Below, piece after piece: positions 13,620 to 26,919 of a stretch of DNA of 64,000 nucleotides; the stretch's first letter is position 1, and every line of letters starts with the position of its first letter. The translations under genes and the position numbers were made by a program. The notes beneath the pieces are model-generated. The model was given only the letters and a program-made list of their open reading frames with translations, was not told where the DNA came from and did no database searches. Origin of the DNA: Rhizophagus irregularis (taxonomy: Eukaryota); the NCBI RefSeq assembly GCF_026210795.1, contig NC_089433.1:558001-622000 (forward strand), written 5' to 3'.

Positions 13620-14360
13620 CTAGAATAATGCGTTTATTAGCGGGGGACTTTGTCCCCTGTAGTAGTGCTTCAATTCATAGCGATTTTATCTATTATTATA
13701 CCGATCTATTGTTATTATTAAAAAAAAAATTTAGAAAAAATTTCTGAAAGATTTTGTTATATCTATAATGATCTATGGCATTATTAAAAAAAATCGGAAA
13801 TTTTATTTATACAATACCCGTCTTATGTATGTATTATACCTATTATTAGAAAAAAAAAATTAAAAAAAAATTTCCGTAAGATAAATAACAATCTAATGAC
13901 ATTATTAAAAAAAATAAATCAGAAAATTTTATTTATACAATATCTGCCTTATGCATTATTATACCGATCTATTGTTATTATTAGAAAAAAGTTTAGAAAA
14001 AATGTTTGAAAGATTTTATGTCTATATTAAATGATCTATTGACAACATTATTAGAAAATTTTATTTATTATACAATATCATTAGAAAAAAAAAATCAGAA
14101 ATTTTTATTTACACAATACCATCTTACGTATACAGTCGTCCTCCCATATAGTCACCCCCTTATAAGCACATTTACATTAATCCCAAGTTACTAATAAACT
14201 TATTAAAAAAAACCTGCCCTTTAATCACGTCATATATAATTTTTATAGTCACACCATTTTTTTTTGGTCCCGAAGGGTGTGATTATATGGGAGGATGACT
14301 GTATACCTATTATTAGAAAAAAAAATTTTAAAAAAAAATTCTGAAAGATTTTTTTATTGT
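13620..14360 (-). mobile_element. Non-autonomous Helitron-like element (3' CTAG at 13620); related ends at 10050 and 13069
   Basis: CTAGaataatgcg..GGGGACtttGTCCCC resembles the reverse complement of the 26884-26919 terminus; internal AT-rich repeats recur at ~8965-9090 and ~10100-10290. Confidence 0.6.
14133..14301. mobile_element. Tc1/mariner-type MITE, TA TSD
   Basis: TA|CAGTCGTCCTCCCATATAGTCAC ... GTGATTATATGGGAGGATGACTG|TA. Confidence 0.9.
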
Positions 14361-14649
14361 TTTAAAGAAATACATTAATGCTTCTTATTTTTCTAGGAAC
14401 ATCGTGCTCCTTGGATTTCGTGGAACATGATACTGGAGATAAGCGGGAAGTGTAAAATTTTTTAAAGAAATGATATTAATTTCATTCCTTTCATTTCTTT
14501 TTTAAATAAAGATTTTTAATAATGGATAAATTTAATATATATGATTTTATTAATAATAAAGCATAAAAAAATAAAAATTTAAACAAGTTAAAAAGTTATA
14601 ATATATACTTGTTTTTTGCTAAAAACAGTCAAACAAAATATCAATAAAT

Positions 14650-15460
14650 AAAAAATTATTCAATTTTTCCTTGTTCAAGCCATGATTTTAGAGACAAACA
14701 TGCTCGTGCTGTTTCAGGTCCATTCTATTACATGGTTGGTTGATTTGTTTTCTTGTGTTTGAAAAAAAATTTTCACATGGAACTGATGTTGACATTATTG
14801 TTAAGTAACCCGTGCTATTTTTGATAGTATTGGATATTCCACTGCATGATTTTTCCACCAAAGGTACTATTTCATCATCTGAAGGATTCGAATCAAATAA
14901 ATATCCAATTCATTTGTAACAGGTTATGGAGTTTTATTTGATTCTGTTGTTAACAAAGTACGAAAAAGAGATCGTGTTTCAGTTGCTGATAAATTTACTA
15001 GTTGGTATCATGAGGTAAAGTAATATTGGATTCTTCATAATTGGACATTATTCTTCAAATTGGTTGTAAAATCTCATATCGATTCATAATACCATAAGAT
15101 AATTTTTTATATTGTAGATCAAAGAAAGCTGGAACATGTAAGGCTTCATTAAGTTCATCAAAATAATTTATAGAAACACGAATCATTTCATTTATCTGCT
15201 CTTGTAGAATATAGTTTTCACCCTAAGACTTAGTTATATGATTTTTTAAACCTGTAAAAAGCAATTAATAGTAGGATAATTAGATGCTGATATCACCTTC
15301 GTTATTGATGCAAAAAGAGCCAATAAATTTGCCAACTCAGTAAGTAACTCCCACTCTTCGTCAGTTGGCCAGTTATAAAGCTCTAAATGGTCTGAATTGG
15401 TCCGGGTTAATCGGACCAGACCAGTTATTTTAATTTGGTCCGGTCTGGTCCCTTAATATA
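14650..15460 (-). mobile_element. hAT transposase C-terminal remnant
   Basis: Minus strand PTDEEWELLTELANLL..TKVISASNYPT and PETARACLSLKSWL (dimerization-domain-like); many stops; GGTCC repeats at 15390-15452. Confidence 0.7.
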
Positions 15461-15579
15461 GATAAAAATTAGCTTATTTGTAAGTCTTTAATTATAAAAA
15501 TTCTTGGGAATTCTTCTTAATAGTAGATATTTCTTTTTAAAATTTAATTTTTGAAGATTGGTAAAGATGGTAATGCATA

Positions 15580-16995
15580 ATTTTAGAATATACTATGCTA
15601 TTGTTTAAATAAGAATAAAAAAAATAAAGTAAATTATTTACTGATTTTATAATAAATTTCGTGATATTATACTGTAAATTTAGTTTACTGCCTTCATAAT
15701 TGAATCTATCGTGTTGCTTTGCATTTTTTTTTGTATTTTTTGATTGTACTGTACATATTATTTTGTAATAGAGTATCACTCTTATCACTTTTGTTAACTA
15801 TGCTGCAATTCCTTTTATTAAGATCCTTAAGACTTAAGATTTTAATGATTGGATATAAGTTCATACGGTGATGTAGGTGATGTAGTTGGTTTTTCTAGAC
15901 TAGACCTAGAAGTTCCTCTAATAATCATTCGAAACGGACTTGCTGATAAATTACTTTTATTTTTTAAGTTCAGATCTTCAGGATGCTTAGATGTTTTGAA
16001 CAGTTCTTTATGTAAATATAAGGTAAATTCAACCGCGAAGATTGTTACTCAATAGTAGATTAGCGAACAATATAAACTGTAATTAGAATATTTGAATAGG
16101 TATTATATACAGTACGTATAGTAAAATTTTCGGCTAATCTAGAATTGTTATTTTTAATTTTATTTTCAGTTTGGAAAACTTGAAATTATTACTTTAAAAA
16201 CCATTTCTTTATTTTTTCTTTTGCGCTTTTTGTAAATTAATTGATTTAATAAAATTAGAATTGAGAGTTTAAAAATAAATCGATCCATTTTTTTAAAAAC
16301 TTGTTGGTGAAATAAGTAATAAAATTGATAAAATCAATTAATCAAATAAAATTGATTGCGAGTTTTGAATTTTAGAAATTTTTTTTATTGTACTCGTCGT
16401 CAACAATTATAAACGATCGCCGGATTACGGTTCGGGAAAATATTTTATAATCACATGATTTACAAATTACGAGTATAATCATACAAAGTTTCATTTTAAA
16501 TCAATTAGTGTTGGAGAAATGTCGTGAACAATTCGACAAATATGAACGAGAAGCAATATCTTAATAAGCTGTTTACAAATTACTTTTGAAATTGAACTTG
16601 AATAAGCAGTAGTGACTAAAAGATAAATTATAAATTAATTTATTAAACAACACATTTCCAACCTTCTTTGTTTTATCTTTTTAAATGGGTTTTTTTTTCA
16701 CACTCGATTCCTTCATTTTCATTCCATATTTTTATCGTTTTCATACATTACCTTCAATTTTTATTTTCTTTTTAACTTCCCGTTTACTTTCTTCAACCTC
16801 GATAAATTCACTAAACTCCCTTTTACTTTAATTTCTTTTTCCTCAGTCTTAATATCTTCAACTCACTCTCTACAAATTTACTTTAAACTTTAATTTCTTT
16901 CGCCTCAGTCTTAATAACTTCAAATTCCCCCTCTTTTCCTGTCCTTAATGGAGGTATCATGCATCAAGAAGAATATTTCTTGTACGTAGCCAACA
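15580..16995 (-). pseudogene. Degenerate paralog of the 3' part and downstream region of gene 57711-58962
   Basis: 16480-16995 matches 57460-58015; 15580-15830 matches 57160-57420. Confidence 0.75.
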
Positions 16996-17548
16996 TACTT
17001 GAATAATGTTAAACAGCTACTGATGATAAAGTTTGCTACGCCACATAACCTGATGCGAACATTGATGTCAGGACACATCTATATAACTAAAAAAATACAT
17101 GAAAAAATCGTAACATTTAGACTAGCATGTATAAATAGTTTTGAATTGTGTAATAGTATATTTTCTGCTTGCGCCTAATCTATTCCATGTTAGCGTAAGT
17201 TTTTTTTTGCTTCTTATTTTCTAGATTATTTAGGTTAATATCGGTAAGTTCAAGGTATGAATTCCGAATTGCATATCATCAATATTGTTACTGATTTTTA
17301 TTAAATATTACTTCGTGAAACTAATTAAAATATATAAGTTCTTAATTAATTATTTATATAATACAGTAAAGGTAAAGTAGATCATTGGCGATAGTATATT
17401 TCTGAAGTGGTGATCATCCTGCATGACCTTCCTTATTTATTCACTTTTTCGCTTAATTTGTAGTTTGTCCTCCGATCTTCATGCAGATTTTCATCTTTTT
17501 GGGAATGCACCATGTGAACTTCGTAGTTGAATCTTATACTATAGTATT

Positions 17549-17645
17549 AGCTATTGCTATTGCTATTGCTATTGCTATAGCTATTGCTATTGCTATTGCT
17601 ATAGCTATAGCTATTGCTATTGCTATAGCTATAGCTATTGCTATA
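17549..17645. repeat. (GCTATT/GCTATA)n microsatellite
   Basis: Seen directly; explains the spurious poly-AI ORF. Confidence 0.95.
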
Positions 17646-18260
17646 GACGCAATATCGCAATATTGCTTCTTTGATATCATAGAATAAAATTGAAAATTAT
17701 TCACTTTTGTGCCACTTTCATTGTACGTTAACTTAATGGCATCAATTAATAAATTTTTACATTCATTTCGATTTTGTTGATCTTTGCTGATCTTTTTATT
17801 ATATATTTTCTTTTTGAAAAAAAAATTTAAAACGAAAATGAAAAAAAAATTTTTTTTTTTCCCCTAACTAAAAAAAAGTGTGACTCAAAAAAGTGTGGCT
17901 ACAATTTCTTTTTTTGTTTAGTAAAAAAATTTTTTCAAAAGTGTGGCTACAATTTCTTTCGATAAAATTTTGTATAAAAAAAAAAAATCATATGATTCTG
18001 TGATTTTTGAAAAAATGATAGCGCTATATTTCTATTTCTGATTTTTTTCTCGTTGTTATTTCTAAAAAAATACATTCCACAGATGATAATGATAAAAAAA
18101 AAAAAAAAAAAAAAAATTCACATAGATAATGAAAAAAAATGACCGATTATTTTTTATCTTTATCTAAAATAAATTATCTAGTCCTTTTAATTTGAATGAA
18201 AAAAAAAATTTTTTTCTTTTCCTATTTTCTTTTACCTGTCTTTATATATATATATCAATA

Positions 18261-19322
18261 ATGCCTGCCCAACTTTCGACGATACTATATGTATCAGATT
18301 ACAAAGAAAGAACCTCAAGTGACTTTTTCGTGGGTTCTGCTCTTGGATACGCTCGGCTCGAGGAGGAAGGAGAGGCTGTACAAACTTTCAACATTACAGT
18401 ATTTTATCCTGTAGACGAAACTAAGCCATGTTATGTACCGAAATTGAGCGAAGGACAAGTTTTATCAATTGCAAATTCTAAATTTAGTAAAAGTGCTAAA
18501 AATAATGAACTTGACGTAAGTATTCAATTTTTGTAAATAAATAAAATTTAATCATGTATTTTAATTAAACTTCAAGAAAAAAAGGGAAAGAATATTGAAA
18601 AAAATTATTATTAACCAATTTAGATTATCTTAACTTCGGCCACTATTTTGGATATATTGCCCGAAAATCTTCCAGTACACCAAATTAATGTAGTTGGTGT
18701 CGCTATGGCATCTGAACCTGCTCTAATTACTGATATTGGTGTTCAAATAGAATGTGTTATTACCGATTATTTATCAAAAGATAAACCTACTGAAGTGCCA
18801 ATTACGTTATTTCATCCAACCGGTAGCAGGTTTATGAATCAAACCACCATTGTTAAACGAGGATCATCTGTTTTTTTTTCAGGCACACTATCATCAATCG
18901 AAGGCAAGCTCTATTTAGAGCTACACAACTTTAGTTTCCTTCGAGGCCAACAATCTCCTATCACTTCATCCCCAACAAAACGTATGCCATGGCTAAATTC
19001 CTTAAAATCACCTGTTTCAAGTCCTGATGCATCACCCATCAAGCCTCAACTACCTCCTACTTCAACAACAAATACCACTTCCTCTTCTACTCCGCCAGCA
19101 GCAAACACACATACTAACACGAAAACAATCTCTACTCCGCCAGCAGCAAACACACATACTAACGCGAAAACAATCCATAAAAACTTGCAACAACCCAAAC
19201 AACCTACAAAAAGAAAAACAAGATCATCTTTTCGTGTTAACAAATTACAAAAATTAGCAGATATCGCTTCAGACGTTCTTGCCGCCACTGATTCCAATAA
19301 TAATTCAGATAACCCTAATTAG
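18261..19322 (+). CDS. Helitron accessory protein, 2 exons (18261-18515, 18623-19322); putative OB-fold ssDNA-binding protein with S/T/P-rich tail and basic KRKTR patch
   Basis: GTAAGT..TTTAG intron joins the ORFs in frame; beta-strand pattern (VKRGSSVFFSGTLSSIEGKLYLELHNFSFL; LSEGQVLSIANSKF) is OB-like. The fold is inferred. Confidence 0.7.
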
Positions 19323-20619
19323 CTTTTTACATTTCGCTTTTTTACTTTTGATAGTTCTATTTTTTTGATTCTTCGTTCTCTACATTTCTTATTTTCCATT
19401 TTATTATATCCCTTTATATCTCTTTATAAATATATCATTCTCTTTTTGTTTTTTCTTATCTGTATTTCGCATTTTCTTTATATAAATAAAATATTTGTTA
19501 ACAATAAGTGATGTATATTAAACTGTTAATCATACTACACTAATTTCAAATCCTCATCCTCAGAACGATACTGTATACGAATCGTAACCCATTTGCTATA
19601 TCGAAGGGTAGTGGATTTTTACCGCCTACATCGTCATCATCATCGGAGGATGAAGATTATATAAAAAGAAGTCAAGAAGCGTATACAGGGAACACGCAGC
19701 GACGTGGATTTCAAAGAATCAGAAGACGGTTTGAGAGAAGTTAAAGTTAAAAAAGAAAAAGAACCCTGGGCCGGGAACCCTGGATGGGCCGAAAAAAAGA
19801 AAAAGGGTAAAAATAAAAAGTAGTTTGGGTAGTATAGTATAGACTAGCGAGATATACCCATGTATGTAGATAGTTCTAAATAGGTTGGTGTAGTGGTTAA
19901 AGGTGTTGATCGGGGACGGGAGTCGCTTTGACATGGAGAGAGCGAGTGGGTTTTACCTACTCAATTTCAATGGGTATATTGAGATTATTCTATAGCTTGT
20001 ATTTGTATTTGTGCGCAATATACCATTTACAAAGGTATTATAATTAAATAAATATGCGTTTGTCATCGTAAAAAAAAAAAAAAAAAGATTCCAATACTGT
20101 AGTTCCGAATGTCGCACAAGGCCGTATTGTAATTACGTCGAAACGAATGACCGAAATAATTTTCGACAATCAAATTTGATTGGACTAAATAAATCAGATT
20201 CGATAAATTATTTATCGATCTCTTTTTTTTCTTTTTTCTGATTTTTAAATAAAAAAAAATTTCGTATCGGTAAATATTTTTTTTTATATAATTTTTTTTC
20301 TTATATAAACATTTTTTATTTCCCGTTATGGCTTTTTTTGTTATTTGATTTTTTTTATCGGTTTTTTTCAAACCGAATTTTTTTTTATTTTTTATTTTTT
20401 CATTATTTTTTTCGGTTTTAAACCGGATTTTTATTTTTTTATATAAATTTTTTTGGATTTCGAGATTTCGATTTTTCTTTTTTAAAAAAAAAAATTTCAA
20501 ATATAAAATCGGGAACACGGAACCTTATTTAGGACTCGACTTGAAAGGTAAATATCAAAAAATTTTTAAATTCACTTTTTAGAAATTTTATTAACGTTTA
20601 TTTTTTATATTTTATAGGG

Positions 20620-21040
20620 AACGGACTCTTGAAGTCTTGGAAACGATTTCGTAAGTTGGGGACAAAGGTTTTTTTTAATACTTAAGAAACGTTTCTAACG
20701 TTTCGTTTTTCCTTTGTTTTTGTAGGGAACGGCCTTGAAGACCTGAAACTTACCTGAGTAAGTTGTAATGGTGGCGTTCTATTCGGAATTGGCTTAAGAA
20801 ACATTGTTAGCGTTTTGTTTTTCCTTTGTTTTTGTAGGGAACGGCCTTGAAGACCTGAAACTTTCCTGGGTAAGTTTTAAGAGTGGCGTTCTATTCAAAA
20901 TTGGCTTAAGGAACATCATTGCTAACGTTTCCTTTTTCCTTTGTTTTTGTAGGGAACGGTGGAACTTACCTGGGTAAGTTGTAAGGTTACGTTCTATTCG
21001 GAATTAAATTAACTTAAGAAACGTTACTAACGTTTCCGTT
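20620..21040. repeat. ~115-bp tandem repeat inside copy B
   Basis: Reverse complement of 90-520. Confidence 0.85.
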
Positions 21041-22129
21041 TTATCTTTCGTAGATTTCTGTTCCTGTTTTGATTTGGATAATTCAGATGAATATTCTATT
21101 ATAATGGCCCAATGATTCCATAGTCTAACCAATCAACACAAAGAGAAGTGGAAATGGTTCTAGACGACAAAAACAACAATTTAGAGGACAAAGACACGAA
21201 AAAGAAAGATGAGAACAATGATTTAGAAGTAGATAGCGAATTATAATGATGATTGATAATAACGTAAATTCGAAACTTTTTTTATCTTTTTTCTTGAAAA
21301 TAGATTAACATTTCTTTATTTTTTGTTTTGTAGATTTCTTCGATCTCATTTTGCTATCTTGGATTCTTGGTAAATTTATTTTTTAATTTCCTTTTTATTA
21401 ATCTTGAAAAACTTCTAACAGTTCGTTTTTTCTTTCTATAGGTCCTTCGCTTTGATTTGCATGGGTTGATAAATGTCGTCTTCAAACAACATTTTCTCTA
21501 CTTATCGTAGATCGCCTTTTATTTTCAAATATAATAGGTTCATTGGATGAATAATTTTAAAACAGCTTTGAATTTTTTTTCTTTAATTTTTTTTAAAGTT
21601 TTTTTTCGGTTTCTTTTTATTCAAACTTTTCGGATTAGTACGTTTTGAAACTTTCGTTTTGAATAAAATTTATTATTCTTTTTTTCTAAGAGACATTAAA
21701 GCATGATACTTATGAAATTACTAAAAAATAAGTGTTCTAATTTAAAAAAATGATTTATTAATTATTTATTTGTAAATAAAAAAACTTTTTTATTGAAAGC
21801 ACGTGACACCGATAAACTTATTTTTTCGTTTATCATTAACAATTGATTAATTGAAATATTAATATTTTTAGAAAAAATAAAAATAAAATCCAAAAAGAAA
21901 TTTGATAATAAATTGTCACTGATTTCGTTAATATAATCACTAATTCTTTTTAAGTAAAACAATAAAAAATAAATGTAATGATTTTACCATAAAATAAAAA
22001 TTTTTAAAATTCATATTATAATAATTGCCAAAATTCGTACATTTCGCACAAAAATCAATGAATTCTCAGCCTTCGGCATTCTTGATTTTTCGGCATTTTT
22101 CGGCATTTTTCGACATTTTCAGCATTCTG

Positions 22130-22610
22130 CCCATTTTAAGCATTTAAGATAGTTGATCACAAAGCCTTTGACCACCACAGCCATGACCAATTCCGATCAG
22201 TTAGCATTTTAGGCATTTAAGATAGTCGATCACAAAGCCTTTGAGGCTTTGATCGACCAATATCAGCCACGGTCATAACCGATCACGACCAGTTAATATA
22301 GTATAAAAAATGATGCATATTCTGAACTTTTTTTTTCTTTAAAAAAAAATAAGCACAGCCATGACAAATCCCGATCAGTTAACATTTTAGGCATTTAAGA
22401 TAGTTAATTACAAAGCCTTTGGCCAACCAATATCAGCCAGACAGCCACAATCATAATCAATCCCGATCAGTTAACATTTTAGGCATTTAAGATAGTTGAT
22501 CACAAAGCCTTTGACCGACCAATATCAGCCATGGTCATGACCGATCACGACCAGTTAACATAGTATAAAATGAAGCATATTCTGACCTTTTTTTTTTCTT
22601 TAAAAAAAAT
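22130..22610 (+). repeat. Complex direct repeats upstream of RepHel
   Basis: Four copies of cattttaggcatttaagatagttgatcacaaagccttt and two of gaccagttaa..tagtataaaa..gcatattctga. Confidence 0.85.
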
Positions 22611-22652
22611 TAGAAATTTAATAATTTTTTTTTAACTTTACATTTAATTACT

Positions 22653-25600
22653 ATGTCTTTCAATACATATCAACATTATACTTTTGATACAGATCCTCTT
22701 ACTGATCGTCAAAGCGATCCTGAAATTATGTTAAGACAATTACAAAATCAATTACAGTCTCACCAATCTTGGCAACATGAAAATTCAATGCCTATTATTT
22801 TAAATTATTCACCCATTGACCCTTGGATACCAAGCACAAAATTCTTAAACCTGCTATCAAATTTCAATTTATCTATTTTAAATCAATTTGTTTGTGCTGT
22901 ATGTGCATTTTGTGGTCGTCTAATGTATCCTGAGAAATGTGAATGGTTACCTTATAATGATAATTTTTCTTACCCTCTTTTGCAAGCATATCCAGAAACT
23001 GAACCTAAATCATTATTAACTTTTCACATTAAACCTCCACAACGCATTGCTGTATGCTTATCATGTAAAAAACCTAGTACTAGATATGCATTTCCATTCC
23101 TTTATCCCATTCCAAATGAAATTCAAGCCATACCTATAGGAAAACGAATGTATTTATCTCCCGTATTTATACATTGTTCTTTAGGTAGAACTTCTGGTCA
23201 AAGTGCCATATATACAGAATACAGGACATTAACTGGATCAATGAACCTTTCAAAAAATATGCGTGCTTTAACATTATATTCTGGAATGCTTGGTGCTTAC
23301 CTTGATAATAATTCATCAAGAAATAATAATTCTTGGCTTGATGATACTTTAATTGAAGCAGCCAATTGGTTAAAACAACATAACCCCTTTTTAAAAAATT
23401 ATTCACATCTTTTAGATTTACCTGGTTCACAAACAGCTAATCCATTTCCTAGTGCCTTTCATTTACCTGATGATAATTCTGCACCACCATATTTGCCAAA
23501 TGATATTGTAGTTCCTAATGCTAATTTTAATGTTGAAATTCATAATGAAGATTACCATTATTCTCATTTAATGGCAGGATTTATCAGAACACCAGATAGT
23601 ACTTTATTACCTTTAGCTATAAATGATCCAGATTTAGAAGCATTATTATTTCCTGATTTATTCCCAAATGGAAAAGGACATTATAATGATAATACTTCTA
23701 ATTCAAATCTTACTCGTGATGAAACATATTCCAAATATATCAAGCAAAGAGTCCTAAATATTGATTCACGATTTAGACTTCATCCTAAATGGTTAGCATG
23801 GTCATATTTACAATTAGAAAAAATTCGTAATCACCAAAATAATCAACGTATCTAGAGGCAAAATAAGGCTGATGAAGTTTATCGTCCACCAACTGCAGCA
23901 GAAATTATAAAAACATCAAGTTATTCTAATAGACTTATAATAGATGAATCTATAACAACTACTTTACCTACTTTTATTCGTACTGGTGATACATATTTTC
24001 ATGAAAAAGAACTTCATGTAAATACAATGATTTCAACATTTGGATTACCATCACTATTTATTACTCTTACAATGGCTGAAAGCCACTGGACACATTTGCA
24101 CAAAATTTTAAAAGCAACAGATAATCATGATACTATTCCAACAAATAGACCATTACATACTACATTGCATTTTATACACCGTTTACAGCAACTTAAAAAA
24201 CATATTTGGAAAAATCCTGAACATTCAGAATGGGGTAATTTAACTAACTTTTTTGAAAGAGTAGAATTTCAAAATCGTGGTGCAGCACATACTCATGGTG
24301 TATATTGGGTTTCTAAATCTATTGAACAAATGATTGCTGAAAATCTTATAAGATCTGATTTACCTGATCCAGATATTGAACCTGATTTATATGAAAAAGT
24401 AAAAGCAAATCAAGTTCATACATGTAGTGCAAAATGTGGAGGTCCAGCTACTTTAGGTCATACTTGTAAAAAAGGATTTCCTCGTCCTTTTTCTCCAGTT
24501 ACATATTTTGATATTGATACTCAACGTTATATTTACAGATGTATTAAAGCTGAAGATCAATGGATAGTACCTTATCATCCACAAACTTTAATGATTTGGA
24601 ATGCTCATATGAATATACAATATGTTAGTTCTAGAAAATTAGCCTTTTATTTAACAAAATATATAGCAAAATCAGAACCATCCCATGTTTTCAATATACA
24701 AGAAGGTGACAAGTTCAAAGAACATATAGTAGCTCGAAGATTAGGATCTATGGAATTAATGTTCTTAATATTAGGAGAAACTATTTGTAACTCTTCCTGT
24801 GCTGTTACATATCTTACTACTGATCCTCCTACAAGTAGACAAAAAGCTATTCGACCTATTTATTTAATTGATGAAAATGATGATCCTTATTGGAAAAATC
24901 ATATTGAAAAATATTTTGATCGTCCAGAAGAAGAAGAATTTAGCAATTTAACTTATCCACAATATTTTCAAAATTATGAAGTAGTAATAACTAGACCAAC
25001 AACTTCACGGTTTATTTATATTGATAAATTAGGAAATTATGTAATTAAAAGAACAAATCAAAAATTAGTTAGATTTAGACATTTAAAATTAGAAGATGGA
25101 GAACTATTTTTTTATCAAAAACTTTTACTTGAAATTCCTTGCAAAAGTGAAGAAGAATTACTTAGCACTTTTTCAACATATCGAGAACATTGGTTGCATC
25201 ATCATCCTGAATTTCAAGAAGAAATACAACAAGTTACCCAAGATTTTTTACGTTCACAACAATTAAAGCTAAATCTTCAATTTAATAATTTATTAGAATC
25301 TTTAATTAATAATTTACAAACTATAATACCAGCTTCTATAACAGAACTTCTTACAATACAACTTAATTCCTTACGAATTGATCCTCCTATTTATTCCCAT
25401 TGTAATGCATTAACTCTTCCAAATGATCAATTAAATGCTCTTTCTACAATTCGTAATATTTTGGGCCCAAGTCATCAAAAAAACAAACATCCATATTTTT
25501 TCATTACTGGATCAGCTGGTACTGGTAAATCATTTTTAATTAATTTAATTATTAATGATTTAAAAAGTAAAAGGTCAAATTATTTATTACTAGCTCCAAC

Positions 25601-26732
25601 TGGTATAGCTGCCACAAATATTGGAGGTGAAACTATACATTCTGCATTAAGGATTCATGAAACACACAGTGGATTTCAATCTTTAGCTTTTTATGATTAT
25701 GATTTTTTCAAATATTTAAAAACTATAGATACTCTAATTATTGATGAAATTTCTATGGTATCAGCTACTCTTTTTAGTTTTATTTCTGATATGTTTTCTA
25801 TTATTCAGCAACAAACTATTGCATTTGGAGGATTAAATGTAATAATTGTTGGTGATTTAGCTCAATTACCTCCAGTAACTGGCTCACCAGTATATAAATC
25901 ATCAGAATGGAAACTCTTTTATCCTTTATTTTTAAAAGAACCACAAAGACAAAATCAAGATATGCAATATTATAATGCCTTACAAGAAATTAGATTTGGT
26001 AATATTTCTATAACTACATGGACTATTTTATATGAAAAAGAAAATAATTTTGATCATAATAAACCTCTTAACACCATTCTTAATATTACAAATATTGTTG
26101 GATATAACCAAACTGCCAATCGGATTAATAATATTATTTGTAATATGTTACCAGTAAATGAAGATAAATTTCTAATTAGTTCAGCTATTGATTATATTGA
26201 TAACCAACAATACAATCCAGATGATACACAAAAACTTTTTAAAAAGAAAACTAATCTTCCCAGTCATTTACGTTTACAACAAGGTGCTCGTGTTATGTAT
26301 CTTAAAAATAATTTAATAGATCAAAATATATATAATGGTACTATTGGAGTTATAACTGACCTTGATTTACAAAATCTAGAAGTAAGAATAGCCTTTAGTG
26401 TAAAAGGTGGTATTATTGATATTGGAATTAAAAAAGAAACTGCAACATTTATGATTAATGGAAAGCCATCAAGTAGATGTCAATTTCCTCTACAAAATGC
26501 ATTTGCACTTACAGTTCATAAAACACAAGGTTTAACTTTACCAGAAGTTTCTGTAAGTCTTGATAACCAATTTTTTGCTGCTGGCCAAGCATACACTGCA
26601 TTAAGTAGATGTTCTGATTTATCTAAATTGCATATAGCTTCCTTACATCCTTCTGCTTTTATTACAGATAAGTCAATGATTGAAGAATATAAACGTTTAG
26701 AACAAAAAGCTGCTGTTCCATTACCTTTATAA
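22653..26732 (+). pseudogene. RepHel (HUH Rep + Pif1-family helicase), intronless, ~1359 codons, one in-frame TAG at 23853-23855
   Basis: Both ORFs share a frame and 23856-24026 is open; motifs FITLT, VEFQNRGAAHTH, YLTKYIAK, GSAGTGKS, IIDEISM, GDLAQLPPV, TVHKTQGLTL, YTALSR. Confidence 0.95.
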
Positions 26733-26919
26733 ATGTAAAATTTATTAAATATTTATTATTAAAATAATTAACATATTAATTTATAAAATAAAAACATTAG
26801 TATATTCCAAGTTTCTATACTTTTTTTTATATATTTTATTTGTATATTTAAAACTATAAGCCATGAATAAAATAATAGCTCCTGGGGGACGAAGTCCCCC
26901 GGCAAATCGCATATTCTAG

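Larger units (their letters stand above)
17385..26919 (+). mobile_element. Full-length Helitron-like (proto-Helentron-like) element, copy B
   Basis: 5' boundary A|TTGGCG defined by copy A; RepHel inside; 3' hairpin GGGGGAC-GAA-GTCCCCC (26884-26900) then CTAG (26916-26919)|T. Confidence 0.85.

Noticed and set aside
17382..17384. Canonical 5'-TC Helitron start at 17382
   Set aside because: Copy A lacks TCA and shared sequence begins at A|TT; disfavoured but not excluded.
17481..17687. Poly-AI membrane peptide
   Set aside because: Hexamer microsatellite whose length differs between copies.
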